Shown: piece by piece, positions 24,401 through 35,600 of the stretch | Position numbering within the stretch: position 1 is the first letter of the stretch | Layout of the letters: each line of letters starts with the position of its first letter | Position numbers and translations under genes: made by a program | Origin: Pelomyxa schiedti | Lineage: Eukaryota; Protista; Evosea | Assembly (NCBI GenBank): GCA_020536535.1 | Contig: JAHLWZ010000907.1 | Coordinates: 1 to 51,287, forward strand | Length of the DNA: 51,287 nt | Direction of reading: 5' to 3' | The notes under the pieces: generated by a model | Database searches by the model: none | Seen by the model: the letters and a program-made list of their open reading frames with translations, nothing else | Told to the model about the DNA's origin: nothing

Positions 24401-24507
24401 GTGACGCCTACCCCTTTACCACTACTATTAATAGAACTGTTGTTGCCGGTGGTGACGGTCAGTGTTGTTGTGCTTGTTGATTGGTCCTGTTTGGGTGGTG
24501 GGTCCAT
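21457..24507 (-). CDS. Membrane receptor-type class III adenylate cyclase (2 TM, extracellular domain, single catalytic domain)
   Basis: YLFCDI/DFTALCE, VKRLGDGIF, LRIGITTGPALHG, NPDVVGAAVNLAARCQ. The Lys in KRLGD and the Asp in PDVVG are the ATP-specifying residues. Hydrophobic segments lie near 23900-24000 and 22750-22820. The 5' exon join is uncertain. Confidence 0.85.
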
Positions 24508-24854
24508 AGAAAATAACAATGCAAGTTACTTGCGTTTGTGTGGGTTGGTTATTTTTTTTTGTGTTGGATGTTGTATGTTGTATGGTTTATCATCCATCGG
24601 TTGGTTCTTGGAAAGAAGGAGAGTTGAAAAGGATTGACCGACGCCGTTCGCCTTCTTGCCTCACATCGATTTTTCATCCTTTATGGGAAAATCAATTCAG
24701 TTGTAATGCACCTGGTGCATGAACGATTGTCCTTCAGGAATGGGTCTGAAAGAGGGAGGGGCGACGCTTCACTTCAGTGTCAGCTGGCACACTTGGACGA
24801 CATCCCAGAGGAATCAGCAGCTGAAAGCTGAAGTCTTTATTATTTTGATCAGGC

Positions 24855-25457
24855 ATGGCTGCAGACGAACAAGTACTCAACAAGGTAGCGAAACCCATAA
24901 TGTGCTTGCCACTTAATCGCATGTGTAGCTGCGTGAGGTCAGGAGTGAACTGGCACATGATGTTGCCGCGGTTGAGTCCCTCGTGACCAAGGCCTCTTGT
25001 GCACCAACTTCTTTGGCCAACACTCAATCGCCATCCCACAATGGTGTTCAGACACCATCAACAACGACCGACGCTGACCTGATCCACGATGTACATCTGC
25101 ATACCCTTACTTTTTACAGTGGCCCTATACACACAACATAATAGATACATGATATTAGTAGCATAATAGATACATGTGATAGCAAAAGATTTTATTACTC
25201 ATTTCATTGCAGCTTCAAGAGGAAAATAAGTTGCTTAAAGTACAAGTTGAAAGGCTCAACTACAGGTAGCTTTATCACTTCACCTAAAACACTTGTATTG
25301 CCCAACCTCATTCTAAAATCACCGCACACATGTATTCACACAACCTGTTTTCATTCACCAACAATTAAAATTCCACAGAATTCTTCACCTTTGTCAGTCC
25401 CTTGACCAGGCCAACAGCAAACTAGGCGTGCAAACCAAGCCCACTTCATCATCCTAG
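24855..25457 (+). CDS. Small coiled-coil protein (exons 24855-24884, 24929-25090, 25213-25265, 25379-25457), absent from the ORF track
   Basis: Three GT-AG introns splice in frame to MAADEQVLNKLREVRSELAHDVAAVESLVTK...DLIHDLQEENKLLKVQVERLNYRILHLCQSLDQANSKLGVQTKPTSSS*. Confidence 0.7.
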
Positions 25458-26682
25458 TCAAATCCTTTGTCACTTCCCAAGATTGACAGAAACAATAATC
25501 TTTTTTCAACCGACTCAGTGAGATCAGTCACAATTGCAAGTGCTCAGGAGTCCGTGTTTCAGCCACCATGCAGTGCAGTGTGGAACATACTGACCGTCGG
25601 TGTACTCCTCAATGTCAGCCAGTGTAATGCCAACCATGTTCATTGTGAATTGTGCATGGTGTGGTGTAGCAACCACAATCCCCATGAAGTGTTTCTTGGT
25701 TATGGCCCTCGTGATACCTGGAAAAAGCTTAAACATCAGCTTCCATGTAGCAAGGTCCACACTGTCTCCAAGTGGTGCCAGCTTCTCTGCAGCAAGAACA
25801 ACCTTGTGTGTAATGGGTTATTTGATTTCTTGTTTAGGGATTGTTGTTTAAAGGTTGTGTGAATACATGTGTGCGGTGATTTTAGAATGAGGTTGGGCTC
25901 AGTTTGGACAGTGCTGAATCACTGAGATTTTTGGTGCACTCAGAAACGAGCCACTTCGTTTTTTTGCTATAGAGTGGCTGGAGCTATGCTACATTGCTGC
26001 AACAAACATGCAGCCTCAAGCCGGCTGTCAAATTTCTGTAACCTGCTTGCTTCCAGCCACGAGGACTGGGTACAGTGGCTGTGTACTCACTCAAATACAT
26101 GTGATATCGAGTTCAGTCAAGCTGATGCTGTCCAGTTTGTGGACATGTGCGCCAAGAGTGCCTTCTCATTCAAATGGCACCACGCTGTTGCTGTTTGGAA
26201 GAAGGTGTCATTGTCTCCAGCAGAACACCATGGCCTACTGGTCAATTTGTTGCTCCAGGTGGTCATGTACAGTTCCTTTTCACTTTTTCAACAAGTCCTA
26301 TCCATTGGAGTCACAAGTGCCGACCTGATGTTGTGCCTGGACAAATATTCCCTCCACCCACTCTATAGCAAAAAAACGAAGTGGCTCGTTTCTGAGTGCA
26401 CCAAAAATCTCAGTGATTCAGCACTGTCCAAACTGAGCCCAACCTTGAATAGAATGTTCATTTACTTAGTGGGACATAGCAAGCGAGGGTGCGCAAAGTG
26501 GCTATGCAGAAAGTTCAAGCTCACACTCCCTGATGTATGTAGATAGATACATGCTACATACTTACTGACAAACCTTTAAACAACAATCCCTAAACAAGAA
26601 ATCAAATAACCCATTACACACAAGGTTGTTCTTGCTGCAGAGAAGCTGGCACCACTTGGAGACAGTGTGGACCTTGCTACAT
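25300..26682. repeat. Three interlocked perfect inverted duplications
   Basis: 25300-25346 = revcomp of 25852-25898 (47 bp); 25745-25856 = revcomp of 26571-26682 (112 bp); 25890-25977 = revcomp of 26358-26445 (88 bp). Confidence 0.93.
25524..26682. pseudogene. Gene of a helical-repeat-like uncharacterised family, split between the two strands by inverted rearrangement
   Basis: The plus-strand piece 25978-26682 reads to ...EKLAPLGDSVDLAT and breaks. The same text continues on the minus strand from 25856 down to 25524 as VDLATWKLMFKLFPG...NCD*. The 5' end is missing. Confidence 0.6.
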
Positions 26683-29199
26683 CACCCTGATTCCAAAGTG
26701 TGTGCAAGTTCCCCAATTTGGATGGGATCGGGGAGATTTGAGACAGTTTGTGTGATCATTGGGGAGCCGGATTTGTAGCCAAATTGGTGGCCGGAACCCA
26801 AAGTGGGGATCTCTCCATCCCACTAAGTCAGACTCAGAAGTCGATTCCCTCCGACCGGGAAGGGACCAACGCGCCCAGGATTAATTAACTGAGTTGATTG
26901 TTTATACACTTGTCTCCTCTCAGTTGGTGCCGACTGCAGCAAGACGATCTGACTTGGTGCTGAGTGTGTGGATTTTCGGGGAACATGTTGTTTCTGTATC
27001 TTCCGTTTCCAGTTGCAAAGAAGAAGAACAAATAAAATTTAATGCCGTTTGGTTGCCGGGGGCCGGTGTGGTGCGTGTCACGCGGGTGGGTGACTGGTGG
27101 TGCAACAGACCGTCGCATTTTGGTGCCAGGTCAGAACGTTCTGTTGTATCGGTTTTTTTTTTTCCCGATGTTTTCTTTGTTTGTTTATAATTTTATTGTG
27201 TTTTGTCCACCGGTCTTTTGTTGTTGTTTCTCGGTTTTACTTTGTTTTTTTTTCCCGAACTGTTGAGGCAACGCTTCAATCAAGTTCTTTTTGTTTTTTA
27301 CTTTGTTTTTCGTGTTTGTTTTATTTCGTTTTCGGTTAGCTTAGTCTTCTTTCTGTTTTTGTTCTTGTTCTCACAACAACACAGGTCATTGAAGATTCCA
27401 TGACGAGGAGAAGGGGCACAGCGGTATGTTTCCATTTCTCTTCTCCATTTTTCTTTTTCGACTTCTCACATTTGAAAACCAGGTGGTGTTGCCGATGTCA
27501 GCAGAATGTGTGTGTGCGGGTCGGCTCCATTCCACCAGTATTCCTCTTCTTGAGTCCCCCCAAATATATAACTCCCCTCTAGGTCCTTTTCTGCATTCAC
27601 GCTGTATGAACATGGGAGTGTTGGCATTGGGGCCCTCTTGACTTTCAGCAGCTCAGCCAGCCACTGGTATGGTTTCTTATTTCTTCTTTTTCTCGTTTCA
27701 CCTTGTACAGTTGGTGGTCCCTGTTCCAGCCCCTCTGCCCCATGTACTTTCTGAAAGCAAATATTTTTTTTCTTTTGCCTGAAGTGGAAAACCATCATCA
27801 TCTCATCAGCCGGCAAGTTGCTGCTACACCTGGTCTCAAGTGTGAGAAAGCGAAAAAGAACAACAGAGAAATACCTGCAGTTCAAGTCTGCCTTGCTTGG
27901 ATGCCGCAGAAATCGAAAAAGAAAAAAAGGAGGAGTCACACAAATGCGGGAAAAGAAAAAAGCTGGAATTGGAGGTGAGCCATAGGGGGGGGACAATGAA
28001 AAGGCAAAAACCTGATGAGGAAAAGCGGAGCAGAGCTGCACATGTAATTCCCCTGAGTGGCATCAGTAAGGGATACCTATTATGTTTAAGTTTGGGGTGA
28101 CGATGAAAAGGGAGAGGGGGATTTACCATGGTGACCAGGCTGTCCTGGCAAGTCCAGTCCACCACCAACTGTACAAGGTGAAACGAGAAAAAGAAGAAAT
28201 AAGAAACCATACCAGTGGCTGGCTGAGCTGCTGAAAGTCAAGAGGGCCCCAATGCCAACACTCCCATGTTCATACAGCGTGAATGCAGAAAAGGACCTAG
28301 AGGGGAGTTATATATTTGGGGGGACTCAAGAAGAGGAATACTGGTGGAATGGAGCCGACCCGCACACACACATTCTGCTGACATCGGCAACACCACCTGG
28401 TTTTCAAATGTGAGAAGTCGAAAAAGAAAAATGGAGAAGAGAAATGGAAACATACCGCTGTGCCCCTTCTCCTCGTCATGGAATCTTCAATGACCTGTGT
28501 TGTTGTGAGAACAAGAACAAAAACAGAAAGAAGACTAAGCTAAACGAAAACGAAATAAAACAAACACGAAAAACAAAGCAAAACAAAAAGAACTTATTGA
28601 AGCGTTGCCTCAACAGTTCGGGAAAAAAAAACAAAAGCAAAACCGAGAAACAACAACAAAAGACCGGTGGACAAAACACAATAAAATTATAAACAAACAA
28701 AGAAAACATCGGGAAAAAAACCGATACCGAACAACAGAACGTTCTGGCATGGCACCGAAATGCGACGGTCTGTCGCACCACCAGTCACCCACCCACCCGC
28801 GTGACACGCACCACACCGGCCTCCGGCAACCAAACGGCATTAAATTTTATTTGTTCTTCTTCTTTGCAACTGGATCCGTAAGATTCAGAAACAACATGTT
28901 CCCCGAAAATCCACACTCTCAGCACCAAGTCAGATCGTCTTGCTGCAGTCGGCACCAACTGAGAGGAGACAAGTGTATAAACAATCAACTCAGTTAATTA
29001 ATCCTGGGCGCGTTGGTCCCTTCCCGGTCGGAGCGAATGGACTTCCGAGTCTGACTTAGTGGGATGGAGAGATCCCCACTTTGGGTTTCGACTACCAATT
29101 TGGGTACAAATTCAGCTCCCCAATGTTCACACAAATTGTCTTGAATCTCCCCGATCCCATCCAAATTGGGGAACTTGCACACACTTTGGAATCAGGGTG
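26683..29199. repeat. Long inverted repeat: arms 26683-27718 and 28161-29199 (about 1.04 kb), spacer about 440 bp
   Basis: The left arm starts caccctgattccaaag and the right arm ends ctttggaatcagggtg. Mirrored ORFs are identical in the track (27386-27613 minus = 28266-28493 plus). Confidence 0.96.
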
Positions 29200-29594
29200 G
29201 AGACGCACTGGTGAGTGAAAAACAGACAAGAATCCGAAAACCCATGGGTTTCGTTCTTAACGTCGTGCGTGACAATGGTTTTGCTGTTGGTGGGAGAAAA
29301 ACGGGAAGTGTGTGGCCTCAATAACGGGGGTGTTTTTTGTATTTTACCCCAAGTCCCGCACCGGGACCCTTTCGCTCGCGGTGCTGCTGCCTCAGCCCCG
29401 CTCCTCTCCGTGCTCCTTTGTTTTTTTTTTAATTTTTCTGTCAATTTGGCGCGGTGGTCGACATTGTGGGTGGCATGATATATGACAGCACAAAGAAAGA
29501 AAAGATATTTGCAAAAGTGGATTCTTCTAGTTCATTCACTCAATGAAAGGGCATCATGTATTTTTCACTTGTGTTGGACTGACTGGTCAAGTGG

Positions 29595-32410
29595 TCAAGT
29601 GGAACTTGGGGTGGGGGTGCTGCTGCCTGAAGCAATGGCTTGGAGCTCCACAAATGCTTCCAATGGTTGCGCATACTGTTCAGAAATTGCTTGAATTTCT
29701 TGGGAAATAACACGGCACAGCGATGCGAACTTGATAACCGTGGTCAAAGGTGCCACTGAACCTGTAACTGGATAGGCTATTTGGCAAATGGTTTCCACTG
29801 CCATGGTGGCATCATGAACTATCACTTGCATTCTACTTGGATCTACGTACATTACACTGTGGCATAGATGAACTGTTTGCATTATTTTCTGAGCAATCTC
29901 CTGAGGAAGATACATTGTGAGTTGTGTTGTGTGTGGAGGAAAGCCACACACAACACATAACATAGAAATAAGTAGTCAGTGTGGTCACGCATACCTCAGT
30001 GATCATCAGGCTCTGCGTCTGCGTGACTGGAATGCTAAGAACGGGTGTTGTTGTGGCTATTTGGTTGCATTCTTCAACTTCAGCCAGGACTGATAGAATG
30101 CCCGAGAGCTGGGGGACTGCAGGCGGAGGCGGCAGGGCTGTTGTTGCTGTTGGAGAGGATGACTGGGGAATTGAGGCTCCTGCCGCACATTCAAACCACT
30201 GGGCCAGCTTGACATAGAACATTGACAAGGCCTGTAGTTCATCAACTAACGCACGGCACCTGTTGATAATTGCAGATAGCTGCAGGCCCGACATCTTCAG
30301 AAACTCGTCATCCATGTTTACCTGCTCGTCGTGTATCAGCTGCAATGAGGACCTCTCAGCCCTCTCCTTCCTTATGTGAGTGAACACCTTGGGTATGACA
30401 ACATCCTTGCAGACATAAACAGCTGCAATAACATCCCTTGCTCTGCATCGGATGGAAATTGCCTCTTGTGTCATCATTGTAGGTTTCTGTGGCCGACGGA
30501 CTGAGCGGATTCTTTCCCTGAAACTGTGCCACCAGTCGTGGTTGTTGTGTCTGGTGGCTGTTGTGTCTGCTGACAAAAAACAGAAACAGGTCCAACTGGT
30601 TTTGGTTCTGAAGCAAATGAACTGGTCAGGCGTCGTTTCTTTTCAGCTGGCCCTGCTGGGGCTTGTTTTTGCGCCGCTTCGTCATTGGCCTTGACATCGA
30701 CGGAGATGGTGGAATGAGCGGGTTGCTGCTGCTGTTGTGGAACAATAGCAGGGGAGGTGCTACTACTACTAGAGGGAGGAGGAGGAGGAGGAGGAGGAGC
30801 CGCTGGTGTGGGTTGGGTAACAGCATTATGGGAGGAGGTTGGGCCGGGAGAAGAAGCTGTTGCTTCTTCCCCGAGAACGAGATCAATTAGGCCAAGAACG
30901 TGCTTAAGTTGGTCCTGAAGTGCGCGATTGGGTGACATTCCAGGAATTTGTGAAGAAAGCAACGTTTGTCCCGATTGGGAAGAAGAAGAGATCTTCCTTT
31001 GTTTCTGAGCTCCTTTGTGCATCCCAGAATGGGGTTTTTTGTCAAAGGACATGACGAATGGTTCTTGTTGTGGAGTAATTGTACTAATACAAGCTCCAGT
31101 AGGTGACGAAGGTAGCGCCTTTGGCATTAACTGAGGGCCTTGGGGTGGCTGCAATGGGATTGTGGCACCACTTAGCTCATCTAGCTTCAGGCCAATAATG
31201 CTGTCACCCAGATACCGGGCACTATGTGTGGAGGGGATTCCAATTGACGGTATTTCAAACGTAAGCAAGACATTCTCCGCACTCGAAGATACTATGACTC
31301 GAGCACTGGAGACTTCTAAACATTTGGAATTGAGAGAATTGTAAATGAAAAGTGATACACATACTCAAGGTACAGCACCGGGAATGACAGCCGGCAGTGG
31401 ACGCTTCCAGATTTGTCAACCGAATCACAGGCCAACGGAAATCAGCTGAAGTTTGGATCACATTCAGTTCTAGGTGTTTTTTGGTTTTATTAGGGTCCAG
31501 TTGGCTTGATGATAGGAGCACACACCTTCAACTTGCAATCCAAGAAATGATTTTCTCCTACAAAGGGCTGAATTAATGCACAAAGTGGCAGGTGCCTTTG
31601 CCGAAACGGAGACCAGCGCAGTGTGGGACCATGAGCTATATTCTAGGAGTCTCCTGGACAAGAAATTACTCTCTATTCTCACAGCAATCTAAAATCGATG
31701 ATATTAGGCATGGAAAATTTTCCGCAACAGTATATTCAACCTCACAACAGTCAGTAGCCGCTGGCTTGGGGATCATGGTGGTAGAATTGGAAAGGTTGAA
31801 GTCTTGCACATTTATTAAATCAGGGTGAACTTTATGTGATTTCAGAGCTTCATTCTCCTTGATTTCCATGATAGAGAGTTTATGTTGATGGGTATGACCG
31901 CCAACACGAATTGAAACATGTTGGTGGACCTGTTTCGAAAAAAAAAAAAAAGATCAGTTAAAGAAATGAGTGATGGCGTCATACAGGATCATAGGAGGTT
32001 AAGTACTTTCGCAAAACTTGTGTAAGACTTCGCGGTTCAACACGAAATGTAATTGTGACCCAACTCTCGGGAAATTTCAACATAGAAAACATGTTCTGAA
32101 ATTATAGGTAAGGAGGAAGTAAAAATAAAAATAAGACATAAAAACAATAAACAACTAAAACAGAAAGAAAGAATCAGCTCGGGATTTCACCATGACATCG
32201 GCTTGAAACCACACAATAAGTCCAGTATTTGCATCGGTTTCCCAAACAGTAATAGAATCTCGTGTAATGGCTACGTTGACGGACCCGAACGTCGGTGGGA
32301 CACTGCTGAACAGTGCTGGGGTGGAATTATGGGTCTTGACAGCGAAATCGAAGAAAGTACGAACCTTGGAGTCCCTTTGCATCCACTACCTTGGCTTGGA
32401 AAGTCGACAT
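29595..32410 (-). CDS. Hypothetical multi-exon protein with N-terminal C2-like region(s), Pro/Ser/Gln linker and helical C-terminus
   Basis: Spliced start MSTFQAKVVDAKGLQALFSSVPPTFGSVNV resembles the first strands of a C2 domain. LLTFEI...RYLGDSIIGLKLDEL...IPLQP resembles the end of one. Long ORFs at 30474-31268 and 29833-30576. Confidence 0.5.
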
Positions 32411-32616
32411 CTTGTTGTTCAAGGTTTGTTTTTTTTCTTTTTTTAGGTCGGGGAAAATTCTCTGCTGGGGAACTAAGGACTGTACCACGCCAATAACAAG
32501 AAAAACCGAGGGGAGTTGGTCAGTGAGAGTTCCTCCCTGTCATCACGACCACTCAGCTCCGGTTCTGTGTTTTTTTTTTTCGACTTGACACGAAACGCGG
32601 GTTGTAAGTGCAACAC

Positions 32617-35600
32617 ATGTGTGTTGATAAACAAGAACACCCGCGAGCCATTGTGGGTCGACAAAGTGAGCATCGCTGCCGAGTGCATTGGGCCCGTTGC
32701 TGGAGTCACGATTGAGGTTCACTTTTGCCAGCCGCCGTCGTCACCCACAAGTGGGAATGTCGAGGCCGAGCTCAAGTTCACGCTGCCGGGCGAGCGTGCG
32801 GCCATTTGTGGGTTCCAGACCGACGTCTACGGTGCCATGGTTGATGGCGTAATCACATCGAAGGAAACGGCCCAGGTGGCTCTCGAGGCTGCGGTGTGTG
32901 CGTGTGTGTCTCATTGTCCCCGAGTTATGTGCATTAATTATGCCTTCTCCTTCTACTACATTTAAAGTAAGTAATGCGGTGGTTTTTTTTTTTTTTTTTC
33001 AGTGTTATGTTATTCGCTTGATTCAACTTCATCAATTTATCTCATTCATTTCATTGAAATGCACAGACCAGAGCCACTGTAGAGGGGAGGATTGCAACTT
33101 GCGAACATGTCTTGGGAAATGTATTTCGTGCACGAATTTTTCCTGTCCCAAAACGTGAGGGGAGAACTGTAAAGGTACCCACTTCCCTTGGTGGAATTTT
33201 GTCTCACAGGAAAAAAGATAGAATTTATCACTGAGATTCCTGTCACTGGCACTTTTCAACTTCCTCTGCAGTTCCCTTCACCCATCGCAAAGTAAATGCC
33301 TTTTCCGTCTCACTTCTCTCACAGTACAAATAGTTTCGCATGTAATGTATCTGTCCACGTGCATCAAAATTCAACTCCTCCATATCTTGAAGAAACAGAT
33401 TTCGCTGGTGACTCCAGTTTTAGTCTGTCGAAAGCTATTGACCAGAGTCCACCTTTTACGTAAAGCTCTTTTCAGATACATGTATAGGTCCTTAACTCAA
33501 CTCTGCCCATATAGAAAATATGTCGCATCAACTCAACAACGAAATATATCCATACGTAGAGGTCTTACAATCGCAAACGTCCTGATTCCAAATGCCCTGT
33601 CATCACCAAATACCGTATTCGTTGAGAAAACTGGGCCGAGGATGTATACTTTTTGCCTTTCTGGGGTGGTTCCTGTTGTCGCAAATGTACAATTGGCCCT
33701 CTTAGTATTTTCAGGATACTTACATGGCTGTTCTTAACAGCAACAAGTTGGTACTGTATCTCGTATTGGGGTTCTTTGGGATGCCTCTCTCAGCAGGAAA
33801 AGTGTTGACAAAGAAAAAGAATTAAGGTACACTCTTCCCATCCACCGATTCATTACCTTATCGTCTTTCGCAGGCTTCTAAGAAACATAGCGGAACACTA
33901 TCGGAACGCGGTGTTCGTCCTTCATACCTTCCGTCATATATGCGAAGAGCCAGAAAGATTCTCCAAAGTGGAGTCCCTCATCGACTCCTTGCAAGTTAAC
34001 AACCTTTGCATTGCATCTTCCAGAATAACACTCATAGACTGTGCAATACGATGGAGGGTCAAGTTTATCATCGGTCTTGGCTTGCAACCGCAGCACTGAA
34101 TTTCCTGTGGATGTCTTCCTTCTATTTAGGTAACAAATTTACTATTTGCTTTACTCTCCTAATTCTTACCCTCAGTGATGGAATTTGTTCTCTCGGTGGT
34201 GCTCTCCCCAAGCAATTGCCAGCTGTAAACGACCGTTTTTCATCTGTACGATTCTAAGTCCCCGTAGGTCCCAGTTTTTACCTTCAGTAGTGGTGCCAAA
34301 ATTGATGCTGTGACCCTCAAACAGTGGGCTCGCGCAACTGGTGGAGAGTTTTTCAATTTGGAGTTTTGTGATATTTCACAGGTCTCTCCTTTCCCTCTTT
34401 TTTCACCTTTTGTGTACGAGGTGATTTTCTTCTCAGGTACCTCCACGCCTCAAACAGAAGACCACCAATTTAGTTTCCGTGACCCACGCGCCTTGGATAA
34501 CTAACATGTGCGACTCAACCTCACAAATATTCCCAAATTGATGCCACTGGTTAGGTTTCCAAAGTTACCCTCACCGCTGGCCACATCGGGCAGAGTCATA
34601 CTCACTGGATGCGCTGAAGCTGCCACTGGTGCTTCATCCTTGTTGACTCTTGTACCTCAGTTTTCCTCAATCTGGATCTGTAAGGCTAATTCTCCCTAGA
34701 ATATTGGGTACAATGAGTCCTCCATTCAGTCTACAGTGGAGGGTAGAGTCACGATTCCATTCCAGACAGTTTCTCTTTCAACACCTATTATAAGCAGATA
34801 CCATGGTATCTTCTCTGTAGACCTACATTCAAATTTTAACTTTCAACTTAGCACTGATACAAATGGAAGAACTTCTGTTGTCAACAATGAGCTCTTCTGT
34901 CAAAGCACAGCTTCTTGAATTGGGAAAACTACATAGGTACTTCTTCATCCCACACATATTTTTGTTCTTTTTGAACTCACACATTTTCTTCAATAGCCTT
35001 GTGACCCCAGTTACATCCATGATTGTTCTTGACAGTCTTTCACAGTACTTGTTGTATGAAATCGAACCTCCAGTGACCCTGCCGTTCCGTAACACCTATC
35101 TCAAGGTATTCTCATTTTGTTGCCTAATGAATGTCATACAACTGATAATCTTTGCTTCCAGATAGTTGCTGCCCGCACTAAAGACAAATTACGCGATGCT
35201 CAGAAGCATGCTGTACAAGTTTCCTCCATGTGGCAGAGAAGGTTGGCGTGGTTTGAAAACCAATACAGAGGAGACTTGTGGCAACCTAATGTGCTGCCAG
35301 CTATCAATCGCTCGCTTCTTACATTGTAAAATAGATATGGCATCACTTCTCTTTCCAAAGCCCTGAAAATTTGACCGACAAGCCTGTCACATTTGAATTA
35401 CTGCCTGAGGAGCTCATGCCACCTGACCAACCATCGAAACCTAGCGACCAAAGGAAGCAAATCAAAAAGAAATCACTGAAGCTCAGCCTCAGCCGGATGA
35501 AAGATAAAGCAGAAGAGGAGTGCCTGTGCATTGATGAAGTGTTTACAGCTGAGGCCCCAACCAGTCCACTTTCCTCTCCCAAGCTTATGAGTCACTCTCC

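Noticed and set aside
26683-29199. Autonomous DNA transposon with terminal inverted repeats
   Set aside because: No transposase ORF and no target-site duplication; the left end is a break inside another gene.
32267-32423. Plus-strand first exon for the VIT gene with a BC-box-like RTLESLC motif
   Set aside because: It lies antisense to the better-supported first exons of the C2-like gene, and I found no phase-compatible acceptor at a plausible intron length.
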